64,000 nucleotides of DNA, taken from the NCBI RefSeq assembly GCF_963676685.1, contig NC_092352.1, positions 78,058,001 through 78,122,000 on the forward strand, given 5' to 3'. Of the stretch, positions 52,512 to 64,000 are shown piece after piece. A model generated the notes under the pieces. That model searched no databases. It saw only the letters and a list, made by a program, of their open reading frames with translations, and had not been told where the DNA came from. This DNA is from Mytilus edulis (taxonomy: Eukaryota). Position numbers and translations under genes: made by a program. Positions within the stretch are counted from its first letter, which is position 1, and the number at the start of each line of letters is the position of its first letter.

Positions 52512-53946
52512 ATGCTAATTTGTTTATACTACAACAATGTTGGCGATGATGCTCTTATTGACTGTCACTTTAAGGGGTAACATCAACTCAGAAGTCAGTG
52601 TGTAAGTTATGTCAAATGTACATGTGGCATTCTGTATTGTGAATTGTCGATTCAAAGACAATGATATTACTCTACTAAATTATGATTTCATTTGGCCTTG
52701 GAGAGATTTAATTTATCTACTTCCAAATTAATAGTAGTCTTGGTCCATGGATAATTCGAAGATGAATAAATGAAAGATTAAGACAGCCAAAACTAGTAGA
52801 TGGAAAAAGATTTAATTTAGTTTCCCATTCAATAATAAATGTTTCACTGGGACGATGTTAAGAACAACCTCTATACATTGAGTACTGCCAAATGATTGCT
52901 GTACTAATTTAAAAATAAAAAATGATCTATTTTCGCAATATTACCATTCAATCTGATATCCGTGCATGTTCATATAACCAAACAAACAGGAAACAATATC
53001 TTGTTTTGAAATGTATTTGATACCGGAAATCAAATAGAAGGACGAAGTTGCGCTGATATTTTTTAACAATGGATATTCCACTAATCGATTAAACTCTAAG
53101 CACGAATCAATTGGAAGATATTTTAACCGAATTGAATGTCAGGATGGTATAATACCAGGATGGAAATTACGCTTTATTGCTTCGGAATTGATAATTATTC
53201 ACAGGAGGACTAAAATCAAATTATCTTCTTAAAAAACAAAGCTGTCTTCATGTGACACATTGATGAAGAAACTAACTTTTGAACTTTTGAATGTAATATA
53301 ACCACAATTATATAAATCAGTTATACAAGATTCGATTTTGTAACAGACATGTTAGGCATTTTAAATATCTAAAATAAAACAAATGTAAAGTTATATCATT
53401 ATAAAATCCTAATTCAGATTTTAGCACAAAATGATCCGGTAAAAATAATGCATGAATATCGTTATTTTTTTTAGAAACGTTGCCGTTACCGTATAAAAAT
53501 AGAATAAATGCGGACACCAAATAATAGGAACAGACAAACAACTCGTAGAAGTGAGAGACCAACACAAAAAAAAACACCATTAAGAATATACAAAAGAAAA
53601 AACATGAAAAGATAAGACAAACATACACTCACTACATGTATTAGGTAGAAAGAATCAACGACAAACTGACAAACAATGCCATGTAAATGCAGTAATATAA
53701 ATACATGTAGCAGATCATTAATATTAATAACACTACAGGCAAATTTGAATTCATTTGTGTATCATTATATTCTACAATTCTAATGATAGTGTCATGCAAA
53801 TGAATGTTGAACACTCCGTAATAAATCGTTTTTCGAATATTTCCCCCGGTTTTGTTCCTAAACGTTCCCGAGATATTTTTCCGAATGCGTTAACATAAAT
53901 TTTCGGTATTCACAATTGTTTATTGATATATATATATATATATATA

Positions 53947-54991
53947 TGTTCCGGACCATATGAGTATTTAGACCATACGCGTATGGTCATGACCATATGG
54001 GTATATACTCATATGGTCCGACCATACGCGTATGGTCGGACCATACGCGTATGGTCGGGGTAATTAACACTCTGTTACAGTTTACTTTTAATACTTCTAA
54101 ACTCTTCATATGGTATGACCGTTCATTCAAAAGACGCTATCATATAGGTAATTGTATCGTTATATTATAATAAAAAGATAAGCTAAATAAAAATAAGAAG
54201 TTTCACATTGTTAATTTTACTTAATTGTCAAATTTAAAGTAAACACATTTTATACCGATGGTCATTACCGATGGTCATAACCGTTATGTTATTACGAGTA
54301 AATGGCAATTTGTTGACTAAAAAATTAAATTCCAAAAATTTCTTAATGAACTGTTACATAAGAAGTCACTGGAAAGTAGCATACTATTAGTTTATTTAAG
54401 TTGTGTTGTGAAGATGGTGTATTGCAGTCAACCATTTTACGATATTTGAGATCTAGAGCTTCTTAAAAACACTGTAGACATCAGAATTGCCAAAGACCTC
54501 GGTATCACTGTACGCAGCTGCAAAAAAGGCTTGTTTTTCACTCGCAAACAAAATGTGTAAATGAAAAAGATCGTGCACAAAACTTGCAAATGCAAAAAAG
54601 CTATGATACCGTGAGGAAGTGAATGTCATCCAAGCCTACATGCACCAATGTAACTTGCGATGAAAACTAACTATGGCATCAATATTAAATTTTTACGTAG
54701 TTTTTTTTATTATAAAACTAAAAAATTGTCATGTTTTAAACCATCACTGTTTTTTTAGATAAAGTTCTTGTATTATTGAAACGTTTATAATGTAATTTGG
54801 AAAAATAAATATACCTATATGGTCCAAATACTCATATGGTCCGGCCCGTTAATAACTAAACGAGTATTATACTCATATGGTCCGACCATACGCGTACGGT
54901 CGGACCATACGCGTATGGTCGGACCATATGAGTATACGCATATGGTCATGACCATACGCGTATGGTCCAAATACTCATATGGTCCGGAACA
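53947..54991 (+). mobile_element. Non-autonomous Ginger2/TDD-like DNA transposon 1
   Basis: TGT...ACA termini (tgttccggaccatatgagtattt / aaatactcatatggtccggaaca), ~110-bp TIRs and tata on both flanks. Empty site in the left arm (~9425-9440). The interior has a decayed Cys-rich C-terminus of SCAND3/KRABA2-type integrases. Confidence 0.75.
54484..54670 (+). pseudogene. Decayed C-terminal Cys-rich tail of a Ginger2/SCAND3-like integrase
   Basis: Manual translation with two frameshifts: ELPKTSVSLYAAAKKACFSLANKMCK*KRSCT/KTCKCKKAMIP*GSECHPS/TCTN, matching the CxCxxxCxxxxCxCxKxxxxCxSxCH pattern. Confidence 0.55.
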
Positions 54992-55418
54992 TATACATAT
55001 ATACTTTTCATGACAAAGCATTTTCATATCGTTTATCTATGTTTCTAAAAATCATTTTCATTAATATTTATTGATGGAATTAATATATATGTCGTGTACA
55101 TTTTATTATTTTGTACAGGTTATTACTTGTACAAAATTTTCATACAAGTAATTACTTGTATGATGCCATCATACAGGTTATTACTTGTATGAATATAATT
55201 GTACAAGTAATAACCTGTACAAATTTTGTGGAGAAAAAGATAATAACTTGTACAACTCACTATCTTTCGTATTTTTTTTTAAATTTATATTGTGTTTGTT
55301 TTTCTGTTCTTATTTTCAAATGTTTATCAATATTTTTTTTGAAATGATAGAAGTTTGAAGATGAACGAAGGACGCAAAGTAATACTATAAGCTAACGTGA
55401 CAACTTGTGCAAATTTAG

Positions 55419-56060
55419 CTAAACAGCTTTTGTACCTACTTTATATTCATTTTCTGCAATATCAAGCACAACACCTTTGATGTTTTTACAGTCCATCGGC
55501 CCACGGTCTACTCTTTGTACTGGTATTATGACATTGTCTCCAATTTCTAAATCTTTCAATCTTTTTTTGGAAGAAGACAACATCTCATCGGCCTGTATTT
55601 GTTGGCCTGACAGGGCTCGTTTTCTCGCTGGTATTTTTTTGAAATTTGTGTCAACATCAGTTTCAGTGTTTGAGTCCAGATTGGTGTCAGTTTCAGTGTT
55701 TGTGTCCATATCGATTTCCATTTCAGTGTTTATCTCGAGATCTGTTTCCGTTTCAGTGTTTGTGTCAAGATCAGTTTCCGTTTCAGTGTTTGTGTCAAGA
55801 TCAGTTTCTGTTTCAGTGTTTGTGTCATGATCAGTTTCTGTTTCAGTGTTTGTGTCAAGATCAGTTTCTGTCTCAATGTTTGGTCTGACATTGTCGTCAC
55901 TAGTACATGTAGTAGCTGTTGTCAATGCAATTAAATCTTCTTCTGTTTCTAGAGTGTCAAGTAATTCTTTTGGAAGGGCTGACGATTCGTCACCTTTGCG
56001 AATGAGTTTTTCAATGCCTGCTACACTCAAAACATCATATTGAAGATTTATTGTCATCAC
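55419..56060 (-). pseudogene. Fragment of SCAND3/KRABA2-like (Ginger2) integrase, post-catalytic region, with in-frame acidic repeat
   Basis: SSALPKELLDTLETEEDL and RKRALSGQQIQADEMLSSSKK...IGDNVIIPVQRVDRGPMDCKNIKGVV...YKVGTK resemble the conserved segment downstream of the DDE core in this family. The DDE core itself is missing. The ORF lies inside a TIR element. Confidence 0.72.
55650..55880. repeat. 30-bp minisatellite (~7 units) encoding TNTETETDLD
   Basis: tcagtttctgtttcagtgtttgtgtcaaga repeated with a 30-bp period. Confidence 0.9.
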
Positions 56061-56681
56061 ACAATTTAATTATTTCATCATGAAATTTCTTTTCTATACT
56101 GTTTTCCATCTTAACACTTTAGTTTTTACTACTTAAATGAACAGTTTTGTTCATATATTTAATATATTAAATGTACTCACATATTGAGAGTTTATACCTT
56201 TAGGCAAAGTAATGAATTAAATGTTAAAAGGGAAACAATTTGTTGTGAACTTCAGATAGGCCAAGGTAAAATAATGATTTGTACAAGTTATTATCTTTTT
56301 CTCCACAAAATTTGTACAGGTTATTACTTGTACAATTATATTCATACAAGTAATAACCTGTATGATGCCATCATACAAGTAATTACTTGTATGAAAATTT
56401 TGTACAAGTAATAACCTGTACAAAATAATAACATGTACATTGTACACGACATATACAAGCGATAATGATTGTCATTTTGCACCCGATAATATCTGCGTCA
56501 TTATACAAATTAAGTTCGGTTATCAGTCAAATACGCAAGTCACGTGAGTAGAAATGTCTGTGGCAACATAAATCCTGTATGACTCAAGGTCATTCACTGT
56601 AAAAACAAACAGAGAAACAACAATCCACGAAATACTACTCAGACAACTGAAGATTGAGCTCGACGTATGCCACCAAATCTG

Positions 56682-56864
56682 GTTGGTTTTCCCGTTTGAA
56701 TGGTTTTACACTATTAATTGTGGGGCCCTTTATAGCTTGTTGTTCAGTGTGAGCCAAGGCGCCGTGTTGAAGACCGTACATTGACCTATAATGGTTGACT
56801 TTATAAATTGTTATTTGGATGGAGAGTTGTCTCATTGGCACTCACACCATATCTTCCTATATCT
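56682..56864 (+). repeat. R2 dispersed repeat copy, right-arm specific
   Basis: Matches 12340-12520 and the reverse complement of 62208-62370. It interrupts arm homology at the position equivalent to ~9030. Confidence 0.7.
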
Positions 56865-59371
56865 ATTGACATGATGTGCTTCAATAGGGTTATAATGACT
56901 TGATGCTCAAGAGAAACCTAAATTGCTCACTCGGTGGTCTAAATCGTGACGTCGTCTGTAAACTCAACCTTTGAATGGGTGATTTTAACTACACCATAAG
57001 GAAGACATTTTTGGAGCTTTATTTTTAGAAGATCCCCTTTCAAATATATCATATGTATAAAACAACTTGAAACCTCACCAAACCTTGAAATATCAAATTA
57101 ACTACGAGCCATACGATCCATGTTACGGTGTTGCCTTCTCTATGGTCGGGTTGTTGTCTCTTTGACACATTCCCCATTTCCATTCTCAATTTTATTAAAT
57201 GTCTTCCCTCTATTTTATTTTATGAATAACTGCATCTATCATACACACAGTGACCATGTAATTTTATTGGAGATTCTTTCTTTCTTTATTTCTTACATGT
57301 TTTTAAATATCTATTCACATATATAAATGTTCATGCACTATCATCCCCCTTTTCAAATACTTCTTTCCAAAGCGTATTATTTTAATTTATATAAAAGAAG
57401 ATGAAATATCCACAGACCCATATTATGTTTCATTGAATATCATGTTCTAAACATTGTCAGTTGAAGAAAAAAATCATTAATGAAATATCGTTTATTTTGA
57501 AATCTAGAAGTGCACATCCATTAATTGAATCACGGTTAGAACATGTGCATGATTACCAAACCACGTGCGCCACGCGATTTTCTGTTATTACGTTACCATG
57601 GATAATTGTCAACCTTGTTGTTAACATCATTCTTTTTGTCACAGTTACGTTAATTATTCCTTTCTTTTCCAAAAACATAGTTGGTGCTAGGCAATCATAT
57701 GCACTGGTTTGTTTCGATAAAAGTTATACATGCACCAAACCCGTAATACGATAAAAAAAAAGTGCAATTTCATCTTGTTATTAATTGTGCAGCATTATGT
57801 TTTTGTGACTGACATAGAAGGGATAAATCAAGTTATTCAATCAAAGTCGTGCATTTAATTAATGTTTCTGGTCATACCATTGTTTTATTTTAGTAATCTG
57901 TCAAAGTGTTAGTGCCCATATGCTAATATATTACATTTAATATTGCATCTGCTTCGTTTCACAGCCAAACATTTCAATTTAGGACTGTCGTGAATTACCA
58001 CGATTTGAGATAGTGGGCGGAAGGGGAAATAGATGAAGTTGGCAAGTTCTTTGTTTTGTAGCCTTTGTTATACTAAATTTTTTAAAAGAAATTGAAGAGT
58101 CTGAAGAAACAAAAACAGATAAAGTTTTTTGAAAACATTAGATTATCTCTCAAAAATATGTTCATGAAAAAAAGTAAAAACACAGAGTTACTGAACTGAA
58201 TGGCAAAATCAAATAAAAAACACATCAAATGAATGGACAACAACTGTCATATTTCTGACTTGGTACATGCATTTTCAAATGTAGAAAATTGTGAATTGAA
58301 CCTGGTTTAATAGCGCTCAACCTCTCACTTGTATGACAGTCGAATCAAATTCCGTTATATTTACAATGATGCGTGAACAAAACAAACATAATAGGTAAAA
58401 TAGTCAAAATATGGGCACAGAAGTTGTTACTGTGTCACAATCTCAAAACAAACAAATATTTAACATACAAGCTCCTTGTCAAATTTAAAAACCACATTCA
58501 TTGTTTCGCGTGTTTGATGTCAGAAAATGTTAAAAAAAAACATAATTTCACATGGGGAATGGTTAAAAAATCAAAAGTTATGTTACCAAACTACCGAACA
58601 GACTTAGAAGTTTGAGACTTCCATTCCATTTTCTATTCTAATATACAAAACCTAAAATTTCTTCCCTTTCAACATTTTGTTCAGTATGAACATTTCCAGA
58701 TGGAAAATAATGATTTAAATTTTTCTTGTCTCGTACATTGTCTTTTTAATATCTTTATTGTTAATTGATTATTTTATTATTTATTGATTACAAAAGGAGG
58801 GCTACATTTCTGGGTTCAGTCTGTAAAGACTTCTATTGTTTAGATTTGAATAATTGTCATCATGGTTAAATAAAATTGAGAATGGAAATGGGGAATATGT
58901 CAAATAGACAACAGAAAAGTATGTACATGTGTACATGTGTAGTATTATTTGGAATAATTGACATTATCAAAGTACATATGAAATCTGCATTACACAACAT
59001 AACTTCCTGTTAATCAATTTAGCTTGTCTGGCGTCATCAGTGCCCCGATTTGGTTGCAAAGGTTATAGAACAGCTGTTTAATACAGGGACAATCATACTT
59101 ATGATAAACAACGACTGCTGAATGTAATCATTAGTTACCAGTGCCGGTTATGCAAACGATTTTTTTTAATGTTTTATTTGGTTTTTCCAGCAATTATTAG
59201 TATAGTACATTCGTTCTAATATGTAACAACACACGGTTCGCAATACTTGTGAATTAAAGACAACAGTAGTTTACCGGTGTTTAAAGCGGGAGCGAGACGA
59301 ATGACATTAAAACCATCCTCTAAATAAAAAAGGTAAAAAAAAACAGAAAATGCATTAGCAAAGGTATATCA

Positions 59372-59670
59372 CAAGCCCAGTAGTCAACACTTCGGTGTTG
59401 ACATGAATATCAATAATGTGGTCATTTTTACAAATTTCATGTTAACAAAACTTTGAATTTTTCGAAAACGAAGGATTTTCCTATCCCAGGCATAGATTAC
59501 CTTAGCCGTATTTGGCACAACTTTTTGGAATTTTGGATCCTCAATGCTCTTCAACTTTTTACTTGTTTGGCTTAATAAATATTTTAATATGAGCGTCACT
59601 GATGAGTCTTATGTAGACGAAACGCGCGTCTGGCGTACTAAATTATAATCCTGGTACCTTTGATAACTAT
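59372..59670 (+). mobile_element. Hammerhead-bearing short retroelement, copy 6
   Basis: Homologous to the reverse complement of 2641-2961. Lies in a segment missing from the left arm (~6695-6715). Confidence 0.78.
59593..59636 (+). ncRNA. Intact minimal type I hammerhead ribozyme
   Basis: gcgtca (59593-98) CTGATGA (59599-605) gtct-tatgt-agac GAAAC (59619-23) gcgc GTC (59628-30) tggcgt. Predicted cleavage after C59630. Confidence 0.88.
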
Positions 59671-61851
59671 CGATATAGTACGATATAGAAGACTAAGAAT
59701 GAGCAACGAGAACCCCACCAAAAAACAGAGGGTGGTTCTAATGTGCACCAATAGACTTAACAAACCGTAGTCACAGTTACCAGTACTGTAATCAAACGTT
59801 ACTAAAACTGTATTCCACAAACTAAATCAATTGTCAAATATTTTGGTAATGATATGCCCTTTAATCTTGAATGAAAACTTCTAAGTATTTATGACTATAC
59901 ATCTTGTTATGGCCTAGATGATGAACTTCTTTTTATTTTGAATATATTATGTACGACTGTCACAAAAAAGAAGAGTATTAACTTTGACCATTATCATATA
60001 ACTTGAAACAATAAAACACGTTAATAATTGAGACAGGCAATACAATTGAATCACCGCTTACCCGACAGATCATGGGGCACTTGCAAAATAGCACTGTCAG
60101 ATAGAACGGCTCTCTTATATTTCATATGTGAAAAGTGGATTTGTAAACCTAAAAAAGAAATTAAGATTGTCATCCGGAAATCATTTCTCTATAAACATTT
60201 TTTATTCAGTGACCTTTATCTTTGACAAACTGATCACTAAATCAACAGGCTTCTACAAATGTACACCTTATCCATATCTTCTATCGATGTAATTTTTTTT
60301 TCACTTACATGCATGATATATTCCACCCAGAAAAGTATCCCCATGCTCTAAATCCAATAATTGTTTTTTTTTTAACATGCTTATATTGTCTAATGCATAA
60401 TAATGAATTTAATCAAATTGGCATGCGTTTAATATATTTCATTAACTTAAAAGACTTTCAAACTCTTAAATGATGCACATGTTGTTACTAATACATACTC
60501 CGAACTTGACATATATGATCTAGTTTCGATAACCATTTATACTGGCTGTTCAACTACTTCTCCCTCTGAAAAATCCACTTGTTCTAATCCGTATATGCCA
60601 ATAGTACTTGCAACTGAAATTTACACGCAACTTCGTTGATCTATTTGTCACTGCCAATGAGTTTAGGTCCCTACAAGTTGTAAATTTGTCAACTTCTGAG
60701 TACATCCTCCTGATATAAATGCAACGGAGTCAATTGTAATTATTTGTTCGGTTATTTTCAAGTTTGCCTTTTTAATAAACAGTTTTGCTTTCGTTTTTCA
60801 AAATTTAATACTTTGACTTTTTTTTCTGTTTCTTATTATTTTTTTATTATTTATAACTTTTGATGTAATGTCATTGGTTTTGTGAGTCTTCAGTGTATAT
60901 AAAGTGCGAATCCAGCTAGTTCATTTTTACTGTTATATGCGGGTATGTCTATTGTAGAATAAAGGATCATGGGAAAACTGTATTTGTTTACGTTTTGAAA
61001 ATATCAAGTTAAAGGATTTTAAGTTAAGTTTTAACATATTTTCATTGTGATATGTCTTTATAATATACAAACATAGCATTAAACTTCAAATAAGTGTTAT
61101 AAAAGCATCATAATATAGCATATCGATTATTGAAAGCGATCCATTTTAACTATAGATGCGATGAATTATCACTGTTAGTGCAGTCATTATTAATGTTGAA
61201 TTTTCAAAGATGCGAGGAATTTTTATTGTAGAATTATGTGATAAATGCACTTGCAACAAATGAAAAAAAACTTAGTTGATGACTTTAGGATTTATGATAC
61301 ATGTATTTTCCAATTGAAATACAAACTCCTCATGCATTCTTCATCAAATATATAGCTTTTCAAACTTGTAACAAAAGCGATTCTCAAAATGTCATATTGT
61401 ATTCTTCAGATTACGTTTCTCCTTGATTTTAACTTATATAGTGAATCACTGGAGCGTGACAGCAGCGGGCCCTCTTAAGCAGTCAGTGGGCCCCTACTTA
61501 TGAAAAATTCTAGATCCGCGAATGGATACTACCACAGAGGTAAAACCATGCAGATTTGGGTTATTGTACACGAAATGCATGCTACAATTCATTTTTGTTG
61601 ATTTTAGACCCTTTGGAACTCTATGTGGGCTATTTCAGTAACTAGGCAAAAAATCCCCAAACTTGATACATGGTCAGATTCAGCATGTCAACGAATTCCA
61701 AATATCTATATTAAAGGACTTTTGTCTATAAATTTGGACCCCACAAAATTGAAAAAGGGACCAAAAATATGAAAAAATGCATGCATCGGATACTTTTGTG
61801 ATTGAAGGCATGACTGTAACAATAGGATGAATATACAAAAATATCTTTTTC

Positions 61852-62098
61852 TGGGGTCTCATTGGGGGGTTCTGATCCCGGATCCCGCTTACTGTTTTGG
61901 CAGATTCCCGTATTCCGCTTATTGTTTTGTCAGATTCCCGTATCCCGCTTATACTATGCAGTTCTAATTTTTTGTAATTATCCGTGTCCCGCTAGACTTC
62001 ATTTCCCGTTTTTCTCTACACAATCATTTGACTTTCACCTGTCACGCTTGCAAAAAATCGGCAATCCGGCGTGACGCTTATACCCAAATGCGACCCAC
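61852..62098. mobile_element. MITE with imperfect TIRs and internal ~30-bp tandem repeats
   Basis: ggggtctcattgggg ... cccaaatgcgaccca termini. Internal gattcccgtatcccgcttactgttttg unit occurs about three times. Confidence 0.55.
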
Positions 62099-62207
62099 TA
62101 TTTTACTCTATTTTGACTCATATAAAGCCCATTATAAATATATTAAGAAAGTAGCGTAGATTTGTTCATCCCTTTTTATCCCGTCTCGTTTCGTTTTTGA
62201 GCCATAT

Positions 62208-62385
62208 AGATGTCGTATGTGACAATGAGACAACTCTCCATCCGAGTCACAATTTATAAAAGTAGACCATTATACGTCAAAATACGGTCTTCAACATGGA
62301 GTCTTGGCTCACACCGAACAGCAAGTTATAAAGGGCTCCAGTGTAAAACCTTTAAAACGGGAAAACAAAGGTGCAATCTATATCA
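62208..62385 (-). repeat. R2 dispersed repeat copy
   Basis: aatgagacaactctccatcc...cggtcttcaacatggagtcttggctcacaccgaacagcaag matches the reverse complement of 56682-56864. Confidence 0.7.
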
Positions 62386-62616
62386 AGATGTACGTAATTA
62401 GTGGTGAAGTGTCATGCAAATGGATAAAAAAAAATAAGGATAAAGATCTCTATACGCTTTATAAGAAACTAAATGGAATACATTTGAAATAAATGTTATT
62501 TCTATTGAATTTAGTAGAGTGTTTTAAAACCAAACTTTTATCCGTAAGTTAAATTTTATCACATCTTTCTCTTACTTTATCTATTATTTGAGCAAGTCGG
62601 CTAAATTAAGGCTTTA

Positions 62617-62854
62617 CAGCTAATTTCCTAATGTATGTAAAGCAAAACTTTGGTTGGCTTGCTTGCTTTGTTTGTATAATTGTTTATACAAACTTTGTAA
62701 ATAAGATTGACATTTTTAAACAATATGAATAGGCATAGTTTAACCTGTTTTTTTAATATTTGAAATAAATTGGGTGTTATCATAATGATTATCCAATAAA
62801 AAAAGCAAACAAATCAACTAAAGTCTTGCTCTACATGCTTAAAGAAATGAGCTG
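62617..62854. mobile_element. Second copy of the TA-flanked MITE at 41570-41805
   Basis: ta|cagctaatttcctaatgtatgta...aaagaaatgagctg|ta with a colinear interior. Confidence 0.72.
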
Positions 62855-63738
62855 TAATAGATAAAAAAAATAATAATTATACAGTAAAATGCAACGCATA
62901 TACAATAATAATGATTCGCTCCACAGTTAAAATGAAAGAATAGTATCATTATTCGACAGTAAACATGACTAGCATTACGAAATCATCATAGTGGAATTTA
63001 GTTAAATATGAAGAAACTGAATGACAAAACATATTCTACGTTATACAACTTTAATAATTGTATTAAAATGAATATTTTTTACTGCAACAACATCTCACCT
63101 GTTAGTTATAAAGCACCTGCACGATCTGTTCGTGAAATGTCCTAAAAATTCACCTATTTTGGTATATATTTCACAGTTGGATGGCTTTAGGCGCGATAAA
63201 TCCCGCTCGCATCTCTTACTTTGTTTTATTAGTATTATGTATTTCTGAACATATACATTTTAACTATTTTTCGTCATTTTCTTCAAAAATAAAAAACAGT
63301 TCGTCTGTTTATTTATCATTCTACATTAGACATTTATGGCATATACAGTAAAAATGATATTTTAGGATCCGCACTTTACATACACTGGTCTTTGTTACCT
63401 CTTGGTTTTGATTGTTATTGTCTTTTACATATTTCAGTATTTGACGCATAGGATTATTTGTTTTGTATTTTAAAACTTAGCAGCTGATATATCATAAAAC
63501 ATTTAAACATCTTAACAGCACAGGAATAGTATCAAATTAATAAAATGTGAATTTCTTTTTAGGATAAGCAAAAAAGGACAAAATGACTGGGATTAATTTT
63601 CTTTACAATGTTTAAATTAAAGTCAATAAATGTTGATGGCACAATTAAATTTGAAATATAATTTTCATTTAAGGTTCTACCTAACACTACAGAGAGATAA
63701 CTCTGTAAAATTATATAATTTTTAGTGACGTTGTGTTG

Positions 63739-64000
63739 TTTCTTGATAGAGGGTTGTTGCTCACAAGGAAGCTATTAAATCAAGAGTTCCAAATGGTGAA
63801 ATTGAAATCATCTCTTCGTATATTTTACGGACGCCAGCACGAGTTGGTTGACCGTTATGGAATAACCGTTTCACAAATGATATCGAATATGTTCCTTACG
63901 TCGTAACTACAATCCCCTTCCCTTTTATAAATGTGACCTACCGAATTAGACTATTTACCGGATTTGGTGTCTCATAAGCAACACGACGGGTGCTACATGT
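63739..64000 (+). mobile_element. 5'-truncated Penelope-like retroelement of a second family (RT C-terminus 63739-63906 plus start of 3' UTR; runs off the window)
   Basis: Not in the ORF track. Manual translation gives FLDRGLLLTRKLLNQEFQMVKLKSSLRIFYGRQHELVDRYGITVSQMISNMFLTS*, homologous to DFSERNLCITEKLLHQGFRYHKLVKTFTKFYHRYKEIIRKY of the 36854 ORF. Confidence 0.78.

Larger units (their letters stand above)
55090..56451 (-). mobile_element. Internally deleted Ginger2/TDD-like DNA transposon 2
   Basis: TGT...ACA termini (tgtcgtgtaca / tgtacacgaca) and near-perfect ~165-bp TIRs (55090-55259 / 56276-56451). 4-bp tata on both flanks. Empty site in the left arm at ~9335-9350. Confidence 0.82.
46661..60820 (-). 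repeat. Right arm of large diverged inverted segmental duplication
   Basis: Reverse complement of 5770-17182, plus arm-specific insertions at 47547, 52140, 53947, 55090, 56682 and ~59315-59765. Confidence 0.92.

Noticed and set aside
53947-54991. CRISPR-like or regulatory array of palindromic repeats; mirrored ORFs at 54815-55027
   Set aside because: There are no unique spacers or cas genes and the context is eukaryotic. The repeats are transposon TIR subunits.
55111-56447. Near-identical ORFs 55111-55347 (+) and 56217-56447 (-), and antisense ORFs at 55477-56043
   Set aside because: These are products of the TIRs and of the 30-bp minisatellite.
5770-60820. Giant transposon (Polinton/Maverick or similar) with very long TIRs
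   Set aside because: No polymerase, integrase core, capsid or transposase gene lies in the spacer, the ends are not sharp, and I found no TSD.

Overview
AT-rich eukaryotic genomic DNA (about 30% GC by eye). The repeat content resembles bivalve, probably Mytilus-like mussel, sequence; that is an inference from remembered repeat families, not a database result. I found no intact host protein-coding gene, tRNA, rRNA or CRISPR array, and nearly all track ORFs look spurious. The window is a mosaic of segmental duplications: a diverged inverted pair (~5770-17182 vs ~46661-60820), a diverged direct pair (~16366-24665 vs ~36594-45120), a near-perfect 3x1184-bp tandem array (18981-22567) and a ~300-bp block present about 8 times. 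Many mobile elements are superimposed, and several have an empty site visible in the paralogous copy. The most notable RNA-level signals are (i) a SECIS-like hairpin just 3' of a Penelope-like (PLE) reverse-transcriptase C-terminal ORF that has no C-terminal GIY-YIG domain, which fits Naiad-type selenoprotein-encoding retroelements, and (ii) six dispersed short repeats, each carrying a minimal type I hammerhead ribozyme (retrozyme/PLE-like; two have fully intact cores). Also present are two Ginger2/TDD-like TGT...ACA elements inserted ~100 bp apart, a stack of TTAA-flanked Kolobok-like elements, and several MITEs. All alignments and identities were done by eye, so coordinates of diverged repeats are approximate.
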